Shown in pieces: positions 24,156 through 34,373 of a stretch of 64,000 nucleotides of DNA. The first letter of the stretch is position 1. Every line of letters starts with the position of its first letter. The notes under the pieces are model-generated. The model saw only the letters and a list, made by a program, of their open reading frames with translations, made no database searches and was not told the origin of the DNA. The stretch comes from an uncultured delta proteobacterium (GTDB lineage Bacteria; Desulfobacterota; Desulfuromonadia; Desulfuromonadales; BM103): contig CAVQRZ010000025.1 of assembly GCA_963715335.1 (NCBI GenBank), forward strand, positions 32,001 through 96,000, given 5' to 3'. Both the position numbers and the translations under genes were made by a program.

Positions 24156-25693
24156 TGAGCAAGATGAAGACAATTAAAATTTTTGATACGACTTTGCGCG
24201 ATGGCGAACAATCCCCTGGCGCGAGCATGAACATTGAGGAAAAATTGCGGATCGCCAGCCAGTTGGAAAAGCTCAATGTCGATGTGATCGAGGCAGGGTT
24301 CCCGATTGCCTCTGACGGCGATTTTGAGGCAGTCAAGAAAATTGCCCAGACGATCAAGGGCCCGGAAATTGCCGGCCTATGCCGTGCCAATTTCAAAGAC
24401 ATCGATCGTGCCTGGGATGCTCTCAAGTATGCCGGCAGTCGGGGCCGTATCCATACGTTTATCGCAACCTCCGACATTCACATGGAGCGCAAGCTGCAGA
24501 TGTCGCCGGCCAAGGTCAAGGAAACGGCGATCAAGGCTGTTAAGCATGCAGCGGCTTATACCCCCAACGTTGAGTTTTCTTGTGAGGATGCGGTACGTAC
24601 CCGCCTCGATTTTCTGGCGGAAATGGTCGAGGCGGTGATCGATGCCGGGGCGACAACGGTCAATATCCCGGATACGGTCGGCTACGCGATTCCTTTCGAG
24701 TTCTTTAACATCATCAAGTACCTGAAAGAGAATGTGCCGAATATCGACAAGGCCGTCCTGTCTGTGCATTGCCATAACGATCTCGGCCTTGCCGTGGCAA
24801 ATTCTCTGGCGGCCATCCAGGCGGGTGCGGGGCAGGTCGAATGCACGATAAACGGCATCGGCGAGCGGGCCGGAAACTGCTCCCTTGAAGAGGTCGTCAT
24901 GGCCTTGCGCACGCGCCGCGACATCATGCCTTATGACAACAACATCAAAACCGAACACATCTATGCGGCCAGTCGCCTGCTCTCGACCGTCACCGGCATC
25001 GTCGTGCAGCCCAACAAGGCCATTGTCGGTGCCAATGCCTTTGCCCATGAGGCCGGGATCCATCAGCATGGTGTGTTGATGGACAAGGAAACCTACGAGA
25101 TCATGACGCCCGAGTCGATCGGCCTTAATGCCAACAAACTGGTGCTCGGCAAGCATTCTGGTCGCCACGCTTTTGTTGCCAGGCTCCATGAACTTGGTTA
25201 CGACCTGCCCAAGGAAGATGTCGAAAAAGCTTTTGTGCGCTTCAAGTCGCTGGCAGACAGGAAGAAGGAAATTTTTGACGAGGATCTTGATGCGATTGTC
25301 GCCGACGAAATCATCCGGGTTCCTGAAACCGTCAAATTGCTGCAGATGAGCGTTTCCTCCGGGTCCTTTGCCGCGCCGACTGCTACGGTCGAGCTTGAAG
25401 TAAGGGGTAAGGTGAAAAAGACCGCCGTGATGGGTGACGGGCCAGTTGATGCTACTTTTAAAGCAATCAAAAAACTTACCAGGATGGAGCCGTATCTTGT
25501 CAACTTCTCAGTCGGTTCAATTACCGGCGGCACCGATGCCCTGGGTGAATGTACTGTGCGACTTGGGTATGAGGGGCATGAAGTTCTGGGCCAGGGTGCA
25601 CACTCTGATATCATCGTTGCCAGCGCCAAGGCTTACATCAATGCACTCAACAAGGCCCTGGATGTCACACAGCGCACCAGGGTGGAAATCTAA
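24155..25693 (+). CDS. leuA: 2-isopropylmalate synthase
   Basis: [42 protein letters not shown] regulatory domain; SD GAGGAGG. Confidence 0.98.
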   Translation: MSKMKTIKIFDTTLRDGEQSPGASMNIEEKLRIASQLEKLNVDVIEAGFPIASDGDFEAVKKIAQTIKGPEIAGLCRANFKDIDRAWDALKYAGSRGRIHTFIATSDIHMERKLQMSPAKVKETAIKAVKHAAAYTPNVEFSCEDAVRTRLDFLAEMVEAVIDAGATTVNIPDTVGYAIPFEFFNIIKYLKENVPNIDKAVLSVHCHNDLGLAVANSLAAIQAGAGQVECTINGIGERAGNCSLEEVVMALRTRRDIMPYDNNIKTEHIYAASRLLSTVTGIVVQPNKAIVGANAFAHEAGIHQHGVLMDKETYEIMTPESIGLNANKLVLGKHSGRHAFVARLHELGYDLPKEDVEKAFVRFKSLADRKKEIFDEDLDAIVADEIIRVPETVKLLQMSVSSGSFAAPTATVELEVRGKVKKTAVMGDGPVDATFKAIKKLTRMEPYLVNFSVGSITGGTDALGECTVRLGYEGHEVLGQGAHSDIIVASAKAYINALNKALDVTQRTRVEI

Positions 25694-25706
25694 ATAGTTC
25701 AACATT

Positions 25707-25739
25707 TCGCCGGCAGGGCTTCCCTGCCGGCGATTTTTT
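25707..25739 (+). terminator. Intrinsic terminator after leuA
   Basis: TCGCCGGCAGGG-CTT-CCCTGCCGGCGA then TTTTTT. Confidence 0.85.
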
Positions 25740-25793
25740 AGTTAATATGCACGGATTATTTTCCGTGCGTACTTTTTGTTACGAGGAGTCACT

Positions 25794-27074
25794 ATGGGAC
25801 AGACGACAGCAGAAAAAATATTCGCCGCACATTTGCGCGATGAACCTTTCCAGGGGACCAAAGTCCTTGATCTCGACCGGGTCCTCTGCCACGAGATTAC
25901 CACGCCGGTTGCTATCGCCGATCTTGAATGGCGGGGCAAGGACCGGGTTTTTGATTCGTCCAAGATCAAGGCCGTCATTGATCACGTAACTCCGGCCAAG
26001 GACAGCAAGACGGCTCTTCAGGCCAAAATCCTGCGCGACTGGGCTCGTCGACATGAGATCAAAGACTTCTTTGATGTCGGGCGCAATGGCGTCTGTCATG
26101 CGCTCTTTCCGGAAAAAGGCTTTATCCGCCCTGGCTTCACCGCCATTATGGGAGATTCGCACACCTGCACGCATGGCGCGTTCGGGGCTTTCGCCGCCGG
26201 TGTCGGTACCACCGATCTTGAAGTCGGCATTCTGAAAGGCGTCTGCGCCTTCCGTGAACCGAAAACGATCCGGGTTAATTTGACTGGAAAGCTTGCTGGC
26301 GGCGTTTATGCCAAGGATGTAATCCTCTTCGTAATAGGTCAACTTGGTGTCAACGGTGCCACGGACCGGGTCATCGAATTCCATGGGCCGGTTGTTGAGG
26401 CAATGAGTATGGATGCGCGTATGACCCTGTGCAACATGGCGATCGAGGCCGGTGGGACCTGCGGCATCTGCCAGCCTGACATGGTTACGGTGGAATACCT
26501 CTGGCCTTTCATTGAGGGCGAATATGCGAACAAGGCGGAAGCCCTCGCGGAATTTCAGAAATGGGTTGCCGACAGTGATGCTGATTATGACAGGGTCCTG
26601 GATTTTGAGGTTTCCGCGCTCGAACCACAGGTGACTTATGGTTTCAAGCCCGACTGTGTCAAGTCTGCCAAGGAAATGACGGGGGAAAAAGTCGACCAGG
26701 TTTATATCGGGACCTGTACCAACGGCCGGATCGAAGACCTTCGCCAGGCGGCGGAAATTCTGAGAGGGCGGACGGTCGCTGATTCGGTGCGCGGCATTGT
26801 TTCACCAGCCACACCGAAGATTTTCCAGCAGGCCCTGGCCGAGGGGCTCATTCAGATTTTTATGGATTCAGGTTTCTGTGTCACCAACCCGACCTGCGGT
26901 GCCTGTCTCGGCATGAGCAATGGGGTCCTGGCGGAAGGCGAAGTCTGTGCTGCGACCAGCAACCGAAACTTCAATGGCCGGATGGGCAAGGGCGGGATGG
27001 TCCACCTGATGAGCCCGGCGACCGCTGCCGCCACTGCAATCACCGGTGTTATCACCGATGCGAGAGACCTTTAA
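25794..27074 (+). CDS. leuC: 3-isopropylmalate dehydratase large subunit (short-type family)
   Basis: DSHTCTHGA, IGTCTNGR, CGACLG, SNRNF.GRMG. Confidence 0.95.
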   Translation: MGQTTAEKIFAAHLRDEPFQGTKVLDLDRVLCHEITTPVAIADLEWRGKDRVFDSSKIKAVIDHVTPAKDSKTALQAKILRDWARRHEIKDFFDVGRNGVCHALFPEKGFIRPGFTAIMGDSHTCTHGAFGAFAAGVGTTDLEVGILKGVCAFREPKTIRVNLTGKLAGGVYAKDVILFVIGQLGVNGATDRVIEFHGPVVEAMSMDARMTLCNMAIEAGGTCGICQPDMVTVEYLWPFIEGEYANKAEALAEFQKWVADSDADYDRVLDFEVSALEPQVTYGFKPDCVKSAKEMTGEKVDQVYIGTCTNGRIEDLRQAAEILRGRTVADSVRGIVSPATPKIFQQALAEGLIQIFMDSGFCVTNPTCGACLGMSNGVLAEGEVCAATSNRNFNGRMGKGGMVHLMSPATAAATAITGVITDARDL

Positions 27075-27109
27075 TTTTGCTGATCGCTTTACTTCAAGGA
27101 GCCTGAACA

Positions 27110-27643
27110 ATGAAGAAGACATTCGGTGGCCCGACGATTTTTCTCGATCGAGCCGATATCAATACCGACGAGATCATTCCAGCCAAGTACCTCACCGAAG
27201 TGACCAAAGAAGCTCTCAAGCCCTACTGTCTGGAGGATCTCAAGCTGGAAGGCTTCGACCCTAAAGGCGAGAAGCTCGCCAAGTCCAGAGTCGTTGTCAC
27301 CAGGGAAAACTTCGGTTGTGGTTCCTCCCGCGAACACGCTCCATGGGTCTTCGAGGTAAACGGGATTCATACCGTCATTGCAGAGAGCTATGCCCGCATT
27401 TTTCGCCAGAACATGTTCAACTGCGGTATGCTGGCCATCGAACTGCCGAAAGAGCAGGTTGACAAGCTATTTGCCCTCGAACAGGGCAATGGTGAAGTGG
27501 ATATTGCAATCAACCTTGCCGAGCAAAAGATTGTTGCACGCGGCAATGGTCGCGAAGAAAAGTGCAGCTTCGAGATCAGCCCATTCGACAAGGCCTTGGT
27601 TGAAGCCGGCGGCTGGGTTGAGTATGCTGACGCGCGTTACTGA
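27110..27643 (+). CDS. leuD: 3-isopropylmalate dehydratase small subunit
   Basis: DINTDEIIPA, NFGCGSSREHAPW, IF.QN.FN.G. Confidence 0.95.
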   Translation: MKKTFGGPTIFLDRADINTDEIIPAKYLTEVTKEALKPYCLEDLKLEGFDPKGEKLAKSRVVVTRENFGCGSSREHAPWVFEVNGIHTVIAESYARIFRQNMFNCGMLAIELPKEQVDKLFALEQGNGEVDIAINLAEQKIVARGNGREEKCSFEISPFDKALVEAGGWVEYADARY

Positions 27644-27986
27644 TGCACAGGAACATTATTTGGTACGAATTTTGTATGTACACATACAGAGATTTTACTG
27701 TTTTTTTAAGACTCTGATTTTATTAGGATTTCATTGATTCGGGTGAGGGCTCTTCTGATTTGCGCTGTTACAGGGGGGAGGTAAAAAATGACAAAATTTG
27801 TCACTACAGCGCAATACATAGTTGGAGGTCGTACCCCCTCTTCCGTGTTATGTCGTTAGTTTAATGGATTAGGAATTTTAAGAACTGACTCTCTTTAAGG
27901 CTATAACTAAAAGATAAGCGAGAGAAGAATTATGAAGACAATTAGTCGGGACAGCGCAAGTGTCAATCGGGTCTTGTCCAGCAGGA

Positions 27987-28463
27987 ATGGATAGAACTTG
28001 GCAAGCGCCCAAAGCTTTGACCGGCGAGGCTGGTTTTACCATGATTGAATTGCTTATGGTATGCGCTATCCTTGGCATATTAGTTTCTCTTACTATCCCG
28101 CAATATACTAAAATTCAGGGACAAGAATCAAAGTTACCACGGCGGTTTCCGAAATTCGCGGCATAGAAAAGAGTGTCTTTGCCCACATTGCTGACAATCA
28201 GGATTACCCTAACTCCTTGAATGATCTAAACTTGGCAATCTTGGCGGGACCCCTGGGACCAACCTTACCAGTACCTGAAGAGAACAAACAATCCTGGGGC
28301 AATGAGACAGGGCCCGTTTTTAGATGATTTAAATTCGGACTTTGATGTCTACAGTCTTGGCCCGGATGGTTTGACCACCCAGGTTATTACTGATGCGGAG
28401 GGCTTGGATGATATCGTCCGGACCTCCGACGGTGGGTGGGTTGGAACAGGCGCAGATTTTTAA
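27987..28463 (+). pseudogene. Prepilin-type (GspG/pseudopilin-like) gene with frame breaks, possibly sequencing indels
   Basis: GFTMIELLMVCAILGIL N-methylation motif; after +2 (~28110-28127) AVSEIRGIEKSV..DYP.SL; after +1 (~28247) DPWDQPYQY..DFDVYSLGPDG..DDIVR..G.WVG..ADF*. Confidence 0.8.
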
Positions 28464-28532
28464 TGTTGGTGTGGTCACAATTCTTTTTGAATCCATGACA
28501 GGTCTTTTAGCCATTTTTGAGGTGGTCAATAA

Positions 28533-29486
28533 ATGAAGTGCTCATGTCCTAAGTGTGATGCGATAATCGAGACGAGTCATCTCGATGTCTCTGCGAGCGG
28601 TAGCTCTCAGCGCTGTACGGAATGCGACGATAAATTCTGGGCGATAAGAGGAAAAATTTTCGCTGAGAGCCTATAAGAAGCAAGGTCGGATTTATTGTTT
28701 CGATTGTGGCCAGGAACTGGGCATCGAAAACCTCTGCCTGGGCTGTGGAAGTCATTGCCCAGATTACTGCATCGTGCAGGCGTCCAAACCTGTTCCCCGT
28801 AAACAAAAAAGAGCCGGTTTCGACTTTAGCTTTGCACGCAGGCCAAAGGTTTCAAAACCAAAAGCTTCTGTTGATCGTAAACCTTCGTCAGCCGTTGTGT
28901 CGAGGAAGCCTTCCGAAGAGAAAGCTGGTTCTCGTTGGATGATCTATGCCGGCATCACAGCTCTGGCTCTCATCCTGATTGGTGCCACGGTTAATCTTTA
29001 TATGACTCACAACGCGGAAAAACAATATTCCAAGACCATTGATCAGCTGCACTGTACGGGGTGAAATCTGGCACGGATACGTGTCTGAAAGTGATGGATG
29101 AACTGACCTCCCAATGGGAGAAGGAAACTGGAACAGGGGCCGGGATTGTTCCCAAGATGAGTCAGAAAGATCGAGACAGGCTGGAACAAGTCAAGGGCCG
29201 GGTAGACCAGATCTGTTGAAGGCTTGGGCGAGACACCGGAGAAATTTGCCGAAGCGAAAGCGAATCTTGGCAAACTGCACGCGGTCTATGCGAGAATATA
29301 TTCCACTGTCCATTTCCTCGCCCGCGTCTCTGGATGAGTTCAAAACGGCGAGAATTAAACTTGAAGCCGATTTTTTCAAATCAGCTGATGAACTCAAAAG
29401 AGTCCATGCCGAAAATCATGCAAGATGAATTGGAAGTTGCAATCAACAAATACAAGAATCTGGAGTTTATGGTCAAAAGCAAGTGA
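28533..29486 (+). pseudogene. Zinc-ribbon (MJ0042-like plus second CxxC pair) single-pass membrane protein with five frame breaks
   Basis: SD GAGGTG; MKCSCPKC..CTEC, then CFDC..CLGC..C...C, TM WMIYAGITALALILIGATV, helical C-terminus ending YKNLEFMVKSK*; breaks near 28650, 29045, 29215, 29311, 29399. Confidence 0.72.
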
Positions 29487-29564
29487 TGCGCCGTTAACTT
29501 CCACATTCTCTGCTGTGAACGTCAAGTCATGCAAGTGAGTTCCCGTGATTCGCTGATGGCATTT

Positions 29565-29603
29565 AAAAGAAGAGGCGCACGCCAAGCGCGCCTCTTCATT
29601 TTT
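29565..29603 (+). terminator. Intrinsic terminator
   Basis: GAAGAGGCGC-ACGCCAAGC-GCGCCTCTTC then ATTTTT. Confidence 0.75.
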
Positions 29604-29774
29604 GTGCAGCCTGCGGAATAACCACAGGCTGTATTATGTTTGTACATTAAAAGACCTATATTTTTGTAGAGTGACGGGACGTATCAGACAAAAATAAGGT
29701 TAGAATATTTTTAATAGCAATAAAACAAACATTGTTTTATTTTAAATGGCGGGGGGTTATCTGTAGAGGGTCTG

Positions 29775-31588
29775 ATGATTACTGCTGTAAAGCATGTTTA
29801 CACCTGGCTGGAAAAAACCTTTTTCAATACGCTGACCCGTAAAGTTGGTCGGCAACTTCCTGTTTCTCGCCTTGATTTTTTCTGCATCTCTGTTTATTAC
29901 CAACGAATACCATGAGACTGTTTCTCGCATGGTTGCCGCAGGCGGTGATACGACGCTGATTGAAGCCATCAAAGAAGTCTCGCGCATTTCAACGCGACAT
30001 ATGCTGATCCTGCATATATTCGGCGCTCTTGTCTTTTTGTGCCTGATTTTTTTTCTTCGCCATTTGATTGTTCGCCCGGTGCGGATGCTTTTCGAAATAT
30101 TTGAAGATATGGGATGGGCCAAGGGCGACCTTTCGGTTGTCGTGGAAGCGGTATCCCATGACGAATTCCGTCAGCTGACCGAAAATTACAATACCTTCCT
30201 GGCGATGCTGCGCAAGGTTTTTCTCACCCTGCGTCAACAGGGCGTCAACATAGCTGTTAATTCGGCAATTGTCGCAAGCAAGGTGTCAATCTCCTCTCGC
30301 CATGCACAAATGCAGAGTGACCTGAGCGACGAAATTTTCACAGGAACACGCGAATCGTTGCTTGCGTTAAACGAGGCCGCCAATAACGCAAGTGCCTTGT
30401 TTGAATCAACATGTAACAACCTGGGGAAGGCCAAAAACAATATCAGGGAACTGAACCAGGTGAATAGTGACATTGGCGATATGAGTACCAAGGTTGCCAG
30501 CTATGCCGAAAGTCTGCGGGATATGGACTCGCGATCACAGGACATCAAGAACCTTGTCGATCTGATCAAGATGATTTCGCATCGAACAAGTCTTCTCTCA
30601 CTGAATGCATCGATCGAAGCGGCACGAGCCGGGGACGCAGGTAAGGGGTTCGCTGTTGTTGCCCAGGAAATCCGCAAGCTGGCTGAACAGGTCAAAGATG
30701 CCAATGACAGAATCTCAGACCGTATCGCCGGCATCCTTGAAAATATCCAGGCCTCATCGCAAGCGGCAGACAGCCTGCATGAGACGACGATTGTAAGCAG
30801 AGACGCCCTGCAATCGACCTGTACGCATTTCGGCGCAATGGTCAGTGATTTTGAGTCGAACACGAGTCAGATCGAGGTCGGTGACAACTGCTATCAAACA
30901 GGTAACGATGGCCAGCCAGATGGTTTACGAAAAGATGTCGACCATCTCCGAACTCAACCAAGATGTGGCGAATATGATGATTGATTCGGCCAAGTCCTCA
31001 GAACACCTCAAAACAGAGACTGAGGAAATGCAGGAGTTGGTGGCACGGTTTAAAACCGGAGAGGGATACCTTGAGCATCTGATCAGTAGCACGTCGGATT
31101 TCAGAGACCGGATTCAGGATCGTTTTGAAGCTTTACTGAAAGAACGTATAGATATATTCGATCGTCGCTATCAACCGATACCGGGAACCGATCCGGTCAA
31201 GTACAAGACCGACTATGATGACACGTTTGAAAAAGAGCTGCAGCCTTGGTATGACAAAATGGTCGCCGACCTGAAAGGTACGATTTATTGCCTCTGCGTT
31301 GATGTCAACGGTTATGCCGGGACTCACAACAGTCGTTTCTCCCAGCCGCTGAGCGGGGATTACGACACCGACTTGATCAACAGCCGCGACAAGAGGATTT
31401 TCGACGACCCGACCGGTAAACGCAGTGCCCAGAATACCAACCCTTTCCTGCTGCAGACTTATGCACGCGATACAGGTGAGGTCTTGAGTGATCTGTCTCT
31501 GCCGATCTTCGTCAAAGAGCGACACTGGGGCGCTGTCCGACTTGGATTTAACCCGGTTATTCTATTGGAGCAGGATCAGGTAGGCTGA
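29775..31588 (+). pseudogene. Methyl-accepting chemotaxis protein with C-terminal Cache-like domain, two +1 frame breaks
   Basis: [23 protein letters not shown] / LVGNFL..two TMs, [38 protein letters not shown] / ..RIFDDPTG..LLQTYARDTGE..HWGAVR; breaks at ~29843 and ~30877. Confidence 0.85.
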
Positions 31589-31805
31589 TTCTTAACTTCT
31601 GTCGGCTTTGATCTGATGGCCCTAAAGATGCAAATGTGATTGTGATGGCCGGATAATTGAAAGTCCGGCCTGTGCATCGGAGCGAGGGTGAATAAGTGCC
31701 GTATGGGTCAACAGACTATCCGATCGTTCCATATCCTTGACTTTTACATGGGCGAATGTTAAAAGCGCGAGGCTTTTACAAATTATAATCATTCTGGAGG
31801 ATAGC

Positions 31806-32219
31806 ATGGAACAGACATTCGCAATCATAAAGCCCGATGCCTTTGCTGCCGGAAATGCCGGCAAGATTCTGGCACGCGTTTACGCTGAAGGCTTCAAGGT
31901 GGTCGGCATCAAGAAACTTTACATGAGCAAGGTTGAGGCGGAAGGCTTCTACTACGTGCACAGGGCGCGCCCTTTCTTCGCTGAACTGACCGATTTCATG
32001 AGCAGCGGCCCTTGCGTTGTCATGGTTCTTGAAGCCGATGGTGCCATCAAAAAGTGGCGGGACCTGATGGGAGCAACCAACCCGGCTGAAGCCGGGGACA
32101 AGACTCTGCGCAAGGAGTTCGGTTCCAGTATCGGTGAGAATGCCACGCACGGATCAGACGCCCTCGAAACGGCGGCTTTTGAGATCCCTTACTTTTTCTC
32201 TGGTCTGGAGCTCCTTTAA
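31806..32219 (+). CDS. ndk: Nucleoside diphosphate kinase
   Basis: [35 protein letters not shown]; upstream TTGACT-N17-TAAAAG. Confidence 0.98.
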   Translation: MEQTFAIIKPDAFAAGNAGKILARVYAEGFKVVGIKKLYMSKVEAEGFYYVHRARPFFAELTDFMSSGPCVVMVLEADGAIKKWRDLMGATNPAEAGDKTLRKEFGSSIGENATHGSDALETAAFEIPYFFSGLELL

Positions 32220-32250
32220 AGGTATTCATTGAGGAAAAACTTGAGTCACC

Positions 32251-32285
32251 AGAGGCCCTTCGGTACAATCCGAAGGGCCTTTTCT
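32251..32285 (+). terminator. Terminator-like hairpin between ndk and rlmN
   Basis: AGGCCCTTCGG-TACAAT-CCGAAGGGCCT then TTT. Confidence 0.7.
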
Positions 32286-32332
32286 CGCTCAAGACCGCTT
32301 TACAGCCAGCAGGCTTTTAAGAGAAGAACCAA

Positions 32333-33370
32333 ATGACGATACCTGCAAAAGTTGATCTGAAAAATCTAAGCCCTGCTGCACTTGTAGAATTTCTTGCGGG
32401 TTTGGGAAAAGAGAACTTTCGTGCCGTGCAGTTGATGCGCTGGGTTTACCAACGCGGGGTGTCTGAATTTACCGAGATGACCGATCTGTCCAAATCGTTT
32501 CGTGACGAACTGGTTCAGAGGGCCTACGTTTCAAAGTTTACTCCGGATGCAGTAGAGGTCAGTTCTGACGGTACCCGCAAGTTTCTTTTTCGTCTAGACG
32601 ACGGGAAGAGTATCGAAACAGTGCTCATCCCGATGGAGGGGGGGCGCAACACCCTCTGTATCTCAACCCAGGTTGGCTGTGCCATGCAGTGTTCTTTTTG
32701 TCTGACCGGAACCTTCGGCCTGGAGCGCAATCTGACCGCTGCCGAAATCGTCAACCAGGTCTGTGCCGTGCACCAGCAACACTCCGTAGATAATATTGTC
32801 CTGATGGGGATGGGGGAGCCACTGCATAACCTGGACAATGTCGTCGACGCCCTGCAGATTCTGTACGCCCCGACCGGTTTTGATTATGGGCCGCGCAAGG
32901 TAACCCTGTCGACCTCGGGGCTGGTGCCGGAGATGAATGAACTCGGTCAGCGTATCAAGGTAAACCTGGCGGTTTCCCTTAACGCAACCACTGATGAAGT
33001 GCGCAATGAACTGATGCCTGTCAACCGTCGGTACCCCTTGCGGGAGCTGATGGCGGCCTGTCGAAAATTCCCTTTGGCCCCGCGGCAGCGGATCACTTTT
33101 GAATATATACTGATCCAAGGTGTCAACGATAGTCAGGCCGATGCCCGACGTCTGGTCAAGCTGCTGCACGGGATCAAAGCCAAGGTTAACCTTATCCCTT
33201 TCAACGAGCACTCCGGTTCGGATTACAGGCGGCCGAGCGATGCTGACATACGGGTTTTTCAGACCTATCTGCTTGATCGGCAGATCGTGGCAGTTCGCAG
33301 GGCCGGCAAGGGGCAGGACATCTCAGCTGCATGCGGGCAGTTGAAGGGGAGATTGGAAAATAAGCAATAA
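32333..33370 (+). CDS. rlmN: 23S rRNA m2A2503 / tRNA m2A37 radical-SAM methyltransferase
   Basis: [35 protein letters not shown]. Confidence 0.98.
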   Translation: MTIPAKVDLKNLSPAALVEFLAGLGKENFRAVQLMRWVYQRGVSEFTEMTDLSKSFRDELVQRAYVSKFTPDAVEVSSDGTRKFLFRLDDGKSIETVLIPMEGGRNTLCISTQVGCAMQCSFCLTGTFGLERNLTAAEIVNQVCAVHQQHSVDNIVLMGMGEPLHNLDNVVDALQILYAPTGFDYGPRKVTLSTSGLVPEMNELGQRIKVNLAVSLNATTDEVRNELMPVNRRYPLRELMAACRKFPLAPRQRITFEYILIQGVNDSQADARRLVKLLHGIKAKVNLIPFNEHSGSDYRRPSDADIRVFQTYLLDRQIVAVRRAGKGQDISAACGQLKGRLENKQ

Positions 33371-33428
33371 ATCCTTAGGCTGTGAACTTGTAAAGATAAT
33401 GGCATCTAAATTCTTGGAGGATCAAGTT

Positions 33429-34295
33429 ATGGAGCAGATGACGATTGGCGTGATTGGCGGCAGCGGCCTGTATGAAATTGAAGGTCTCACGAATATTGAG
33501 GAGGTCAGTCTCGATACGCCTTTTGGTGATCCCAGCGATGTCTTCATCACCGGGATGCTGGATGGAGTCAAAATGGTTTTCCTGCCGCGACATGGGCGTG
33601 GTCATCGCTATCTCCCTTCTGAAGTGCCATACCGGGCCAACATTTACGGCATGAAAATGCTCGGAGTTCAGCGAATTATCTCAGTCTCCGCGGTGGGCAG
33701 CATGAAAGAAGAAATCGTCCCGGGACACATTGTTATCCCAGACCAGTTTTTTGATCGGACCCATGGCAAAAGAGCTTCAACTTTTTTCGGCCAGGGTGTC
33801 ACAGGTCACGTCCAGTTTGCTGACCCGGTTTGCCCGGAACTTGTCGGAGTTCTCTGCGAAGCCGGCCAGCGCGCAGGGGCAACCGTACACAAGGGCGGCA
33901 CCTACATCTGCATCGAGGGGCCGAATTTTTCGACGCGGGCCGAATCGACCATCTACCGCAGCTGGGGAGTCGATATCATCGGCATGACCAATATCCCGGA
34001 AGCTCGCCTGGCGCGCGAGGCGGAGATCTGCTATGGCACCGTTGCGTTGGCAACGGATTACGACTGCTGGCACGACGGTCATGATGATGTCACGGTAGGG
34101 GCTGTGCTGGAGATCATCCGACAGAATGTTGCCATGGCACGCAACATTATCAAACATGCAGCAAAGGCCCTTTCGGCAGAACCTCAGTGCGGGTGCGGAG
34201 AGTCCCTGAGATATGCAATTATGACAGACCGTACTTTGATTCCTGAACAGACCCGCAAAAATCTGGCACCGATTCTGGGAAAATATCTGGACTAG
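33429..34295 (+). CDS. mtnP: S-methyl-5'-thioadenosine phosphorylase
   Basis: IGGSG, LPRHGRGH, PYRANI, EGPNFSTRAES, GMT..PEA.LAREAE, TDYDCW. Confidence 0.93.
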   Translation: MEQMTIGVIGGSGLYEIEGLTNIEEVSLDTPFGDPSDVFITGMLDGVKMVFLPRHGRGHRYLPSEVPYRANIYGMKMLGVQRIISVSAVGSMKEEIVPGHIVIPDQFFDRTHGKRASTFFGQGVTGHVQFADPVCPELVGVLCEAGQRAGATVHKGGTYICIEGPNFSTRAESTIYRSWGVDIIGMTNIPEARLAREAEICYGTVALATDYDCWHDGHDDVTVGAVLEIIRQNVAMARNIIKHAAKALSAEPQCGCGESLRYAIMTDRTLIPEQTRKNLAPILGKYLD

Positions 34296-34373
34296 ATTGA
34301 CAGTATGATTGCTAAAAATCTATAGATTTGTTCTAATAATAAATTCCTGTTATTCCAGACAAAAAGGATCTTT

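Noticed and set aside
27987..31588. Programmed frameshifting or phase variation in the accessory block
   Set aside because: Too many breaks per gene, the runs are only 2-4 nt, and no slippery heptamer or stimulatory structure was seen.
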